From positions 57,388-77,387 of the forward strand of contig JAFGND010000057.1 of assembly GCA_016927185.1 (NCBI GenBank): 20,000 nt of DNA, written 5' to 3'. The notes below the pieces were generated by a model. It saw only the letters and a program-made list of their open reading frames with translations, was not told where the DNA came from and made no database searches. Position numbers and translations under genes: made by a program. Shown here piece after piece: positions 8,608 to 16,643 of the stretch. Source of the DNA: Candidatus Coatesbacteria bacterium (GTDB lineage Bacteria > JAFGND01). Numbering within the stretch: the stretch's first letter is position 1; each line of letters starts with the position of its first letter.

Positions 8608-8636
8608 ATTGACAAAAAAACAGTTTTTATAGGTCT
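8608..8636 (+). promoter_or_regulatory. Putative promoter of the GldAFG-like operon (ATTGACAAA-N14-AGGTCT)
   Basis: TTGACA at 8609-8614, upstream of the AAGGAG RBS and ATG 8674. Confidence 0.5.
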
Positions 8637-8673
8637 CATCAAAGCAGGGAATTGGAAATTAAGGAGTAAGTAG

Positions 8674-9630
8674 ATGATTAGCGTAAGCAATTTAACTAAG
8701 ATCTATGGTTCGGTAGTTGCTCTGGATAAGATCTCGTTCAAGATCGAAAAAGGGGAAATACTTGGTTTTCTCGGTCCTAATGGAGCAGGGAAGTCAACAG
8801 CGATGAAAATTATAACTACCTATATTGCAGCTACTGAGGGTGAGGTTTTTGTTGATAATATGGATATAAACAAAAATCCAATAGAAGTCAGGAAGAAAAT
8901 TGGTTATCTTCCTGAGAACTCACCTGTTTACAAGGAAATGAATGTCAAGGATTACCTGACTTTCGTTGCCAGGGCAAGAGAACTTCCACCTGAGAAAATA
9001 AAGGAAAGGCTTGATTGGGTTATACAGGCAACAGGACTGGAGTCTGAACTGAGAAAAGATATTGGTGAGCTTTCAAAAGGTTTCAAGCAAAGAACTGGAC
9101 TTGCACAGGCTTTAATTCATGATCCAGAAGTGCTGGTTCTTGATGAACCAACTTCTGGTCTTGATCCTTTACAGATAATTGATATAAGAAAACTGATAAA
9201 GGATTTAGCAAAGGAAAAAACGATAATTTTCTCCACACATATACTTCAGGAAGTTGATGCAATAACAGATAGAGTGCTAATTATTAATGAAGGTAGAATT
9301 GCTGCGAATGGATATCTCCAGGATCTCAAATTGAAAGCAGCTGCATATCAAACAACATTTCTTTCTGTGCTTGCTCCTTTCAAGGAAGTAGAAGCTGAAC
9401 TCAAGAAGATAAGCTCCATAAATAAAATAAGACTTATCGAAAAAGAATCATCTGAAAACAGGACTTCCTTGAAGATAACAAGTCCAGCCAACAAAGATAT
9501 AAAAGAGGAAATAGGAAGGATAATATCCTTGAAAGGGTGGCAAATAATATCATTGTTCGACAGGGATTTCTCTCTTGAAGAAACATTTATTAATCTTATC
9601 AGGAAATCAAAATCGCAAGGAGAAAACTAA
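8674..9630 (+). CDS. ABC transporter ATP-binding protein, GldA-like
   Basis: Walker A GPNGAGKST, signature LSKGFKQR, Walker B VLVLDEPTSGLDP, H-loop STHIL, C-terminal SLEETF; gene context. Confidence 0.93.
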   Translation: MISVSNLTKIYGSVVALDKISFKIEKGEILGFLGPNGAGKSTAMKIITTYIAATEGEVFVDNMDINKNPIEVRKKIGYLPENSPVYKEMNVKDYLTFVARARELPPEKIKERLDWVIQATGLESELRKDIGELSKGFKQRTGLAQALIHDPEVLVLDEPTSGLDPLQIIDIRKLIKDLAKEKTIIFSTHILQEVDAITDRVLIINEGRIAANGYLQDLKLKAAAYQTTFLSVLAPFKEVEAELKKISSINKIRLIEKESSENRTSLKITSPANKDIKEEIGRIISLKGWQIISLFDRDFSLEETFINLIRKSKSQGEN

Positions 9631-10355
9631 TGGATAAAATTATGATTGTTATGCGAAGAGAGTTCAATGCTTACTTCAACTCTGCAATAGCATATATTTT
9701 CGTAGTGGTTTTTCTTGTGTTGAATAGTGCATTCTTCATGAATACTTTCTTTCTTACGTTGACAGCTGATATGAGAGGCTTTTTTGGTTTGATACCCATT
9801 TTTCTAGCCTTTTTCATTCCTGCAATAACGATGAGGTTATGGGCAGAAGAAAGAAAACTGGGAACTATTGAGTTACTGCTTACACTTCCAATTGAAACAT
9901 ATCATATAGTTATAGGCAAGTTTCTTGCAAGTCTTGCGTTCTTGAAGATAGCAATAGCAGGTACTCTCATAATTCCTATCATGCTGGCAAAACTTGGTAC
10001 ACCTGATTGGGGACCTATAATTGGAGGTTATTTTGGAACAGTTCTTTTGGGAGGATTTTTCTTATCAATAGGATTGTTCGTTTCAGGATTGTTTGAGGAC
10101 CAGATTTCAGCATTCATCTTAAGCATGATACTGTGTCTTTTCTTCCTGCTTGTCGGTTATGATTTCATAATAACTCCAATTGATGGTTGGGTAAATGGTC
10201 TTGGAACTTTCCTGAAGCAAGTGATTAGCATGAAATCACATTTTGACGGTATAGAAAGAGGAGTGCTTTCATTGAAAGACATATTCTACTTCATAACAAT
10301 GACTGGATTATTTCTGACCTTCAATATTTTTTCTTTGGAAGGGAGGAAATACTAA
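9630..10355 (+). CDS. ABC-2 type permease, GldF-like
   Basis: REFNAYFNSAIAY, PAITMRLWAEERKLGTIELLLTLP, IVIGKFLA, HFDGIERGV; about 6 TM segments; stop/start overlap with the ATPase gene. Confidence 0.92.
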   Translation: MDKIMIVMRREFNAYFNSAIAYIFVVVFLVLNSAFFMNTFFLTLTADMRGFFGLIPIFLAFFIPAITMRLWAEERKLGTIELLLTLPIETYHIVIGKFLASLAFLKIAIAGTLIIPIMLAKLGTPDWGPIIGGYFGTVLLGGFFLSIGLFVSGLFEDQISAFILSMILCLFFLLVGYDFIITPIDGWVNGLGTFLKQVISMKSHFDGIERGVLSLKDIFYFITMTGLFLTFNIFSLEGRKY

Positions 10356-12157
10356 TGAACGAGAGATATTATTACTGGTTGAGATTTGCAATTTTTGCTG
10401 TAATAATCTCAGCAATTATAATAGTCTTGAATTTGTTTGTTTTGCGATTGAACTGGGGAAGATGGGATTTAACAAAGAATAAAATATACACTGTTTCACC
10501 TACATCTTCAAAAATACTATCTGGTTTGAAAGTCCCAGTAAATATAGAATATTATGTTTCTTCATCTGACAAACTTCCAGCCGAATGGAAGGATTTGCAG
10601 CAACAGGTTAATGACAAACTGAAAGAAATCGCATCTGTGACCAACGGTAAAATGAAAATAGAAATCATGAATCCAACGCTGGATGAAGAATGGAAAAAAA
10701 GACTTCAATCAAAGGGAGTAAGTCCATTTGCAGTAAAAGCTTATGAAAAGGATCAGATTTCAAGCAAGATAATATTCAGTTCCATTGTTATATCATACAA
10801 AGACAAGAAAGATGAAGTTATCTCGCAGGTTATCCCAAGCACTTTCGCCAATCTTGAATATGAAGTGATTTCCAGAATAGTCAAGATGACTTCGGATCAG
10901 AAACAAATAGTAGCTATCTATGCACCGTTGGAACCAGTAGAACCCTGGATGGTTCAGATGTATATGCAGATGGGCAGACAGCCTCCACAACCTAAGGATA
11001 ATTATCAGACCATCACGAAAGTAATGGAAGAGCAGAATTATGAGGTTGTGAAGATAAATTTCAACAAAGAAGATCCATTGCCAAAGGATGCCACTACCTT
11101 CATAATCATGAACCCAAAAGAATTGAGTGACAGGCAGGTTTATGAAGTCAACAAGTTCCTCCAGAAAGGTGGTAATGTAATTATATGCGCCCAGTTATAT
11201 TCATACAAGCTGAGAGGAAGTCCTGATGGAGGTGTATTCATAGAGACTGTAGAGAATAAAACAGGTCTTGAAAAGATATTTACCGGTTTTGGTGTAGGAT
11301 TGAAAGAGAAAATTCTCTGCGATGAATCAGTTCTTCCAATGTCAATGCCAATAAGCGGTGAACAACCAGTCCCTGTGAAATTGCCTCATCAAATGATGAT
11401 AACAGACAAATTCATAAAGAAGGATTCTCCGATGACTCAACATATATCAAATCTTCTTTATTTATGGGGTAATGCTGTCCAGATAGATGAAAAGAAGTTG
11501 GCATCAACAGGTTTGAAAACAGATATTCTTTTCACAACAACGGATAAATCCTGGTTTGTCAACTTCAAGAAGAGTGAAATGAAGACAGATGATTTCAAGC
11601 CAGTTACAAAAAGAGCAGGAGAACAAGCTGGTGGAGTTGTGGTAACTGGTAAATTCCCGGATCTTTATCAGGGTAAACAGGCACCTGAATGGCAGAAATC
11701 GGAAGGAAGACCTAACAGGTATCCCAGAAAAGAGGGGAAAGAACCAAAACTTGATCCCAGCAAGGGACGTCTTATATTATTCGGCTCTACAAAGATGTTT
11801 GAAGATGATTTAATCGGAAATCAGTACTCATTGCAGTATTTCCAGAATATATTCCTTTTTGTTAATACGGTTGATGTATTAACAGTAGGAGAGGACTTGA
11901 TAAATATTAGAGGGAAGACATTCCTGCCAGTTCGTTTCCAGCAACCTTCAAATGGTGAGATGCTTTTCTGGAGGATAATGGTACTAGCTGGTATTCCTCT
12001 CATATTCATCATATTCGGGATAGTAAGATCCATTGTAAGAAGGCAGTTCAAGGCAGGAAGACTTAGCAATAGAAGCCTGATTCAGTATATAATGGGAAAA
12101 TCCTTTCTGAAAGAGGAAGAAGAGGAAGAAAAACAGAGAGGAGATATCAATGAATAA
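10355..12157 (+). CDS. GldG-like ABC auxiliary component
   Basis: N-terminal TM, RWDLTKNKIYTVS, LEYEVISRI, FLQKGGNVII, NIFLFVNTVDVL...LINIRGK, C-terminal TM. Confidence 0.88.
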   Translation: MNERYYYWLRFAIFAVIISAIIIVLNLFVLRLNWGRWDLTKNKIYTVSPTSSKILSGLKVPVNIEYYVSSSDKLPAEWKDLQQQVNDKLKEIASVTNGKMKIEIMNPTLDEEWKKRLQSKGVSPFAVKAYEKDQISSKIIFSSIVISYKDKKDEVISQVIPSTFANLEYEVISRIVKMTSDQKQIVAIYAPLEPVEPWMVQMYMQMGRQPPQPKDNYQTITKVMEEQNYEVVKINFNKEDPLPKDATTFIIMNPKELSDRQVYEVNKFLQKGGNVIICAQLYSYKLRGSPDGGVFIETVENKTGLEKIFTGFGVGLKEKILCDESVLPMSMPISGEQPVPVKLPHQMMITDKFIKKDSPMTQHISNLLYLWGNAVQIDEKKLASTGLKTDILFTTTDKSWFVNFKKSEMKTDDFKPVTKRAGEQAGGVVVTGKFPDLYQGKQAPEWQKSEGRPNRYPRKEGKEPKLDPSKGRLILFGSTKMFEDDLIGNQYSLQYFQNIFLFVNTVDVLTVGEDLINIRGKTFLPVRFQQPSNGEMLFWRIMVLAGIPLIFIIFGIVRSIVRRQFKAGRLSNRSLIQYIMGKSFLKEEEEEEKQRGDINE

Positions 12158-13223
12158 CAGAACATACATAATATTATCCATAATATTTGTTGTGCTGGTT
12201 GCAGTTTATGTTTTAATTCAGAAAACTGAACAGAAAAAAGTGATCAATAAGCAAGATACTATCGAGATTATTCCTTCAGATTTTCCTGTAGATAAAATCA
12301 ATAAAATCGAAATGGTGAAAGGTGACAAGAAGTTTGTTCTTGAAAAGCGTAACAAGATCTGGTATGTCCCAACATCTTTTGATTACAAAGCTGAACAGAA
12401 CAAATTCGAGTATATATTCAAGGAGTTGAAAGGTCTCAAGGCTGTATTGAAGGAAAAGGATTCTCAGATTCTTGATGATTATGGTTTGGGGGATAAAAAC
12501 TCAATAAATGTCGTTATTTCTACAGAAGATGGAAAGCATGTAAAATTCTTATTGGGCAAGAAAAATCCCAATAATAATGAGAGTTTTATTAGACTTCTAG
12601 ACGCAAAAGATGTGCTTATTGCAACCAAGGACATTCACTCCCTCTTTTTGGTATACGGTGATAATGATATGCCAGATAGTAAATCATGGGTAGATCATAA
12701 GGCTTTTCAATGTGACAGAGCTAATATAAAACGGGCAGAAGTTCATCTTGGGAAGGATATAATTATATTGGAAAGGACAGAATACAAAGAGAAAGAAGAG
12801 GAAGTTGACGATCCTGATGCAAAGGGTGCAAAGAAAACAAAAAAGATTAAGGAAGCAAAATGGACAATAACTTCTCCAAAGATAGCTAATATAGATCAGC
12901 AAAAAGTAGAGAGTTTCATGAATGCAGTTTCAAGTATCTATGCCAACGACACATGTGAACCGGGCAAGGAAAAGGAGTTTGGACTTGACCCAATAGAGAA
13001 ATATATAATAATTGAACTGGATGATAACAAGTCTTATAAGTTCATCTATGGGAAAATGAAAGATAACAACAATTCGTATTTCAAGATAGACGGAGAAAAA
13101 GCGATATATGCCATAAATGAATATACAAGGAACATGTCTATCAGAGATGCAGAAGGTTACAAGAAAGAAGAGAAAAAAGAAAATGATGCTTCAACAAAGA
13201 AAGCATTGAATCCAAAACCTTAA
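12150..13223 (+). CDS. DUF4340-like membrane-anchored protein (two repeated domains)
   Basis: N-terminal anchor; two units with W...F...LDDYGL / KEFGLDP...LGK / YGK; usual fourth gene of gldAFG-like operons. Confidence 0.8.
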   Translation: MNNRTYIILSIIFVVLVAVYVLIQKTEQKKVINKQDTIEIIPSDFPVDKINKIEMVKGDKKFVLEKRNKIWYVPTSFDYKAEQNKFEYIFKELKGLKAVLKEKDSQILDDYGLGDKNSINVVISTEDGKHVKFLLGKKNPNNNESFIRLLDAKDVLIATKDIHSLFLVYGDNDMPDSKSWVDHKAFQCDRANIKRAEVHLGKDIIILERTEYKEKEEEVDDPDAKGAKKTKKIKEAKWTITSPKIANIDQQKVESFMNAVSSIYANDTCEPGKEKEFGLDPIEKYIIIELDDNKSYKFIYGKMKDNNNSYFKIDGEKAIYAINEYTRNMSIRDAEGYKKEEKKENDASTKKALNPKP

Positions 13224-13238
13224 GGAAGAGAGGTAGTT

Positions 13239-13307
13239 ATGGCTGGTAAAGCTCCACAAAAAAAAGAAACCAAGAAAAAACCAAAAGAAAAACCAAAGAA
13301 GAAGTAG
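13239..13307 (+). CDS. Small Lys-rich peptide, 22 aa (MAGKAPQKKETKKKPKEKPKKK)
   Basis: GAGAGGT SD-like sequence 4 nt before ATG 13239; stop TAG 13305-13307; lies between the DUF4340 stop and a terminator hairpin; below the ORF-track size cutoff. Confidence 0.65.
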   Translation: MAGKAPQKKETKKKPKEKPKKK

Positions 13308-13315
13308 CAATAACC

Positions 13316-13345
13316 AGGGTAGCAGGAAAAAAGCTACCCTTTTTT
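13316..13345 (+). terminator. Intrinsic terminator directly before the coaE start codon
   Basis: AGGGTAGC (13316-13323), 9-nt loop, GCTACCCT (13333-13340), then TTTTT and ATG at 13346. Confidence 0.75.
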
Positions 13346-13951
13346 ATGCTTAAAATTGGTATTACAGGTGAAGCTGGTTCAGGAAAAAGTGAAGTAGCAA
13401 TTTTCCTTCATCATGCAGGATATGAAGTAATAAATGCTGATGAAGAAGGTCATAAAATACTTACTGAAAGTGAAGAAACAAAGAAAGATTTGCTGAAGGT
13501 TTTCGGCAATAGTATTACAGATAGAGAAGGAAACATCATAAGGAGTGAGCTTGCAAAACTGGCATTCAGCAGCAATGCAAATCTTGAGCTGATTGACAGA
13601 ATTGTAGGTGAAAAACTCAAGAAAAGACTTGAATCAATTATCTGGAGTAGCAGCAATACAAAAGATATAGTATTGGATGCAGCCTTGTTATGGGATTGGG
13701 AATTCTCGAAAAAGCTTGATTATATTATTTATGTCACTGCTGATGTTAATCTCAGAAAAAAAAGGCTTCTAGAGAAAGGATGGCAGCTGGAAAAAGTGGA
13801 TAGTGTTTTGAAACTTTGCAAGGGGTGTCCAGAAGAAAAGGACAGGATAGATTACAAGATAGAAAACAATTCAGGAATTAATGAATTGGAAAAAGACTGT
13901 TACAAGCTACTTCTTTTCCTTAATCTAGAAAGGCTTAAGTGCAAGCATTAA
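13346..13951 (+). CDS. coaE: Dephospho-CoA kinase
   Basis: KIGITGEAGSGKS P-loop, VINADEEGH, IIRSELAKLAF, IVLDAALL, DYKIENNSG; 201 aa. Confidence 0.9.
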   Translation: MLKIGITGEAGSGKSEVAIFLHHAGYEVINADEEGHKILTESEETKKDLLKVFGNSITDREGNIIRSELAKLAFSSNANLELIDRIVGEKLKKRLESIIWSSSNTKDIVLDAALLWDWEFSKKLDYIIYVTADVNLRKKRLLEKGWQLEKVDSVLKLCKGCPEEKDRIDYKIENNSGINELEKDCYKLLLFLNLERLKCKH

Positions 13952-13995
13952 ATTGTCCGTTTACTTATTTTAGAATATTTTAAAGGAGGGGTAAA

Positions 13996-14355
13996 ATGAG
14001 TGATATGGCTGACACTTCGATGAGCATTCTTATCTCATTGCTGCAAATGGGATTAGGATTGGTTTTTTACTGCTATTATTCATACTGCTTGATGGTTATA
14101 GCAAACAAGCTCGGTATTGAGAATTCCTGGCTGGCATGGATACCAATAGCTAATATCTATATCATGGTACAGTGTGCAGAGAAACCTATCTGGTGGATAG
14201 TTCTTTTCTTCATACCATGCGTAAATATTGCTGCAGGTGTTATGGTCTGGATGGTAATAGCAGAGCGACTTGGAAAACCTAGCTGGTGGGGAATCATGAT
14301 GGTGGTTCCAGGTGTAAATGTTATTGTGCCTGGTTATCTTGCTTTCAGTGAATGA
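13996..14355 (+). CDS. Small membrane protein, DUF5684-like
   Basis: SWLAWIPIANIY, PIWWIVLFFIPCVNI, LGKPSWWG, GYLAFS; AAGGAGG RBS. Confidence 0.8.
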   Translation: MSDMADTSMSILISLLQMGLGLVFYCYYSYCLMVIANKLGIENSWLAWIPIANIYIMVQCAEKPIWWIVLFFIPCVNIAAGVMVWMVIAERLGKPSWWGIMMVVPGVNVIVPGYLAFSE

Positions 14356-14357
14356 AA

Positions 14358-15023
14358 CTACTGATATTCCTTTCTTGTCATGAAGCGATGGAAAGCAAGA
14401 CTTATTATTGAAAAATATATAACTGCAAGAATAAACGGAAAAAGATAATTTTCCCAGTTTGATTGTCCTTCCGGAATTAAGCTGGGAAAGTTCAAATATC
14501 TAAACAAATAAATCACAGCCAGGGCAACTATTGGAAAAAATCTCATTATTGTCATTGTGTGCATCAAATCAAGGAATTCTCTCAAGAGAAGAAAAAGAGA
14601 TGTAAAGATAAGTATCAAGAAACTTATTGTGAGCATCAGTTGTATATTCAAGTCAATACTTAAACCTGAAAGATTAAACAAGAGAATGCTCAACATGAAG
14701 AGCATTATAAAACTGATTTGAAGAAACAGTGGGGTAAGAAATCTGAACAAGGCTATCTTCCTTTTATCAACTGGGAAGGTGAAAAACAGGCTGCATCTCT
14801 TCTCTTTGTCCTCTGTCCATAAGAATCTTGCAATAAATGACCAGGAAAAGAAGAAACTGAAAACAATGAAGGAAGAAATGATGATATCATTATAATTGAT
14901 TTCTGTTTGAGAGACATTCCTTAAACTTATGAAAAATATAAGAAAAACTGAGATGATCCCTGAAAATATCATTGATTTCAGCTGATATCTTATCTCGAAA
15001 ACAAGTAACTTAAATATTTCCAT
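14358..15023 (-). CDS. ABC-2 type permease, about 6 TM
   Basis: Hydrophobic; LFFTFPVDKRKIALFRF (cf. LPVsrk.iv..ky); C-terminal FMTRKEY; overlaps the ATPase gene. Confidence 0.8.
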   Translation of the reverse strand: MEIFKLLVFEIRYQLKSMIFSGIISVFLIFFISLRNVSQTEINYNDIIISSFIVFSFFFSWSFIARFLWTEDKEKRCSLFFTFPVDKRKIALFRFLTPLFLQISFIMLFMLSILLFNLSGLSIDLNIQLMLTISFLILIFTSLFLLLREFLDLMHTMTIMRFFPIVALAVIYLFRYLNFPSLIPEGQSNWENYLFPFILAVIYFSIISLAFHRFMTRKEYQ

Positions 15024-15891
15024 TACCTTTCAGTATCTCAATAGTAAGGTTTTCCAGGTTAGTCTCTATGACTTCAGCTGGCTTTACATCAAGTGAGCTA
15101 AGAGTTGAAAAAGTACTTTTCTCATCTTTGCTTATTACTGTGAATTTGGCATCTGATAATCTCCAGGAAACAGTTGCAGTATCTTTCTTAAGCTGTTCAA
15201 CAACTGAGCTGAAACTGAATATCTTCCAGTTTCTTATTATATCACTTTTGCTTTCCTTGCATATTATTCTGCCTTCCTTCAGGAAGATTATTGTATCTGC
15301 AATTTTCTCCAGATCGCTAATTATATGTGACGAGAAAAAAACAGAACACTTGTTATCTGTTTTGTATCTTGCCAGAAACTCCAGAATATCATCCCTGACA
15401 ATGGGATCAAGCCCAGATGTGGGTTCATCCATAATCAGAAGTTCTGGTTTGTGGGAAAGCGCAACCAAGAATGCGAGTTTCACTCTTGTTCCTCTTGATA
15501 AATCACTTACTTTCTGATTCCTGTTTATCTTGAACAGCTCAATCAAATGATTCTCTATTTTTGTATCCCAATTTTTGAAGAAACTGGAGATTGTTTTCAA
15601 GTTCCAGCCTGCTTTCATGTTTTCATAGAACATTTGCTGTTCATATATTATGCCGATCTTCTCTTTCATATCGCATCGGAAATTCTCTGTATCCTTATCG
15701 AATATCTTGATGCTTCCAGAATCTATTTTTGATAATCCAGTCAGGCAGCGAATTGTTGTTGTTTTTCCAGCAGCATTCTGCCCTATATAACCAGTCACTT
15801 CACCTTCATTCAATTCGATATCAAGAGGACCTAATGTAAATTCAGGATATTTTTTTATTAGATTGTTTATCTTGAAGATCTTCTCAGTCAT
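15010..15891 (-). CDS. ABC transporter ATP-binding protein (YtrB/CcmA-like exporter ATPase)
   Basis: GQNAAGKTT, LSRGTRVK, LLIMDEPTSGLDP, SSHIISDLE. Confidence 0.92.
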   Translation of the reverse strand: MTEKIFKINNLIKKYPEFTLGPLDIELNEGEVTGYIGQNAAGKTTTIRCLTGLSKIDSGSIKIFDKDTENFRCDMKEKIGIIYEQQMFYENMKAGWNLKTISSFFKNWDTKIENHLIELFKINRNQKVSDLSRGTRVKLAFLVALSHKPELLIMDEPTSGLDPIVRDDILEFLARYKTDNKCSVFFSSHIISDLEKIADTIIFLKEGRIICKESKSDIIRNWKIFSFSSVVEQLKKDTATVSWRLSDAKFTVISKDEKSTFSTLSSLDVKPAEVIETNLENLTIEILKGNGNI

Positions 15892-16507
15892 TTTTTATTT
15901 CAATCTCTGTTGAATAATCATATATCTTGAAAATACTCTCAAGAAATGATTTTGCTGAGTTAATTGCCTTTTGTTCATATTCCTTATTTAATGCCTGGTT
16001 GGAAGCTTTTTCTCTTGCCTGCTTGTAAATATTATTAGTATCCTCACTTATATTAAATCTATTGAACCAGCCATTTTCTGGATTATATATTTCTATTTGT
16101 GGATCAATACTTAAAATCTTTGGTTTCGGTAGAGTAATGAAAATCTTTTTTACCTTGTCATCAAGTTTTACGGAGAAATTTTCATTCTGAAGGTCGAAAC
16201 CAATCAGGACTTTCATCTTTACTATAACAAGTGCAGTTTTCTGGGATTTAATATACTCCTTGAGAACTGGAATATCAAGATCTTTTGTATCTTCCCATTT
16301 GTATATCATGAAATCATTATATTCAACTGAAACAAGCTGGCTTATTTGTCTTACTTCTCGCAAGGCTATTTCCTGCTTCAGAGTAGGAGTTCTCTCTATT
16401 TCCTTCGTTGGCATCAGGAAGATGAATACCAGCAATAACAGGAGAGTCTGCAATCCAAGAATAATCCATATATAAACAGGGAGTTTTGGTTTATCTCTAT
16501 CCGGCAT
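15884..16507 (-). CDS. DUF4230-like membrane-anchored protein
   Basis: N-terminal TM; QLVSVEY, KVLIGFDL, IFITLPKPKILS, KAINSAKSFLESIF...YSTEIE. Confidence 0.8.
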   Translation of the reverse strand: MPDRDKPKLPVYIWIILGLQTLLLLLVFIFLMPTKEIERTPTLKQEIALREVRQISQLVSVEYNDFMIYKWEDTKDLDIPVLKEYIKSQKTALVIVKMKVLIGFDLQNENFSVKLDDKVKKIFITLPKPKILSIDPQIEIYNPENGWFNRFNISEDTNNIYKQAREKASNQALNKEYEQKAINSAKSFLESIFKIYDYSTEIEIKND

Positions 16508-16643
16508 GGTGAATTAATGCACTAATAATGAGATAATTTGTCAAGGCAGTTTGCCAGTATCTTGAAGAAAACAGATTTTTGCATCTTGACGAAAAAGAAG
16601 CACAAGGAATTGGTAACTATGTTATTATTCAAGGAGCATAATT

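Noticed and set aside
12108..12132. GAA/GAG purine run as a DNA repeat or phase-variation tract
   Set aside because: Mixed codons encoding a poly-Glu stretch, not a perfect tandem repeat
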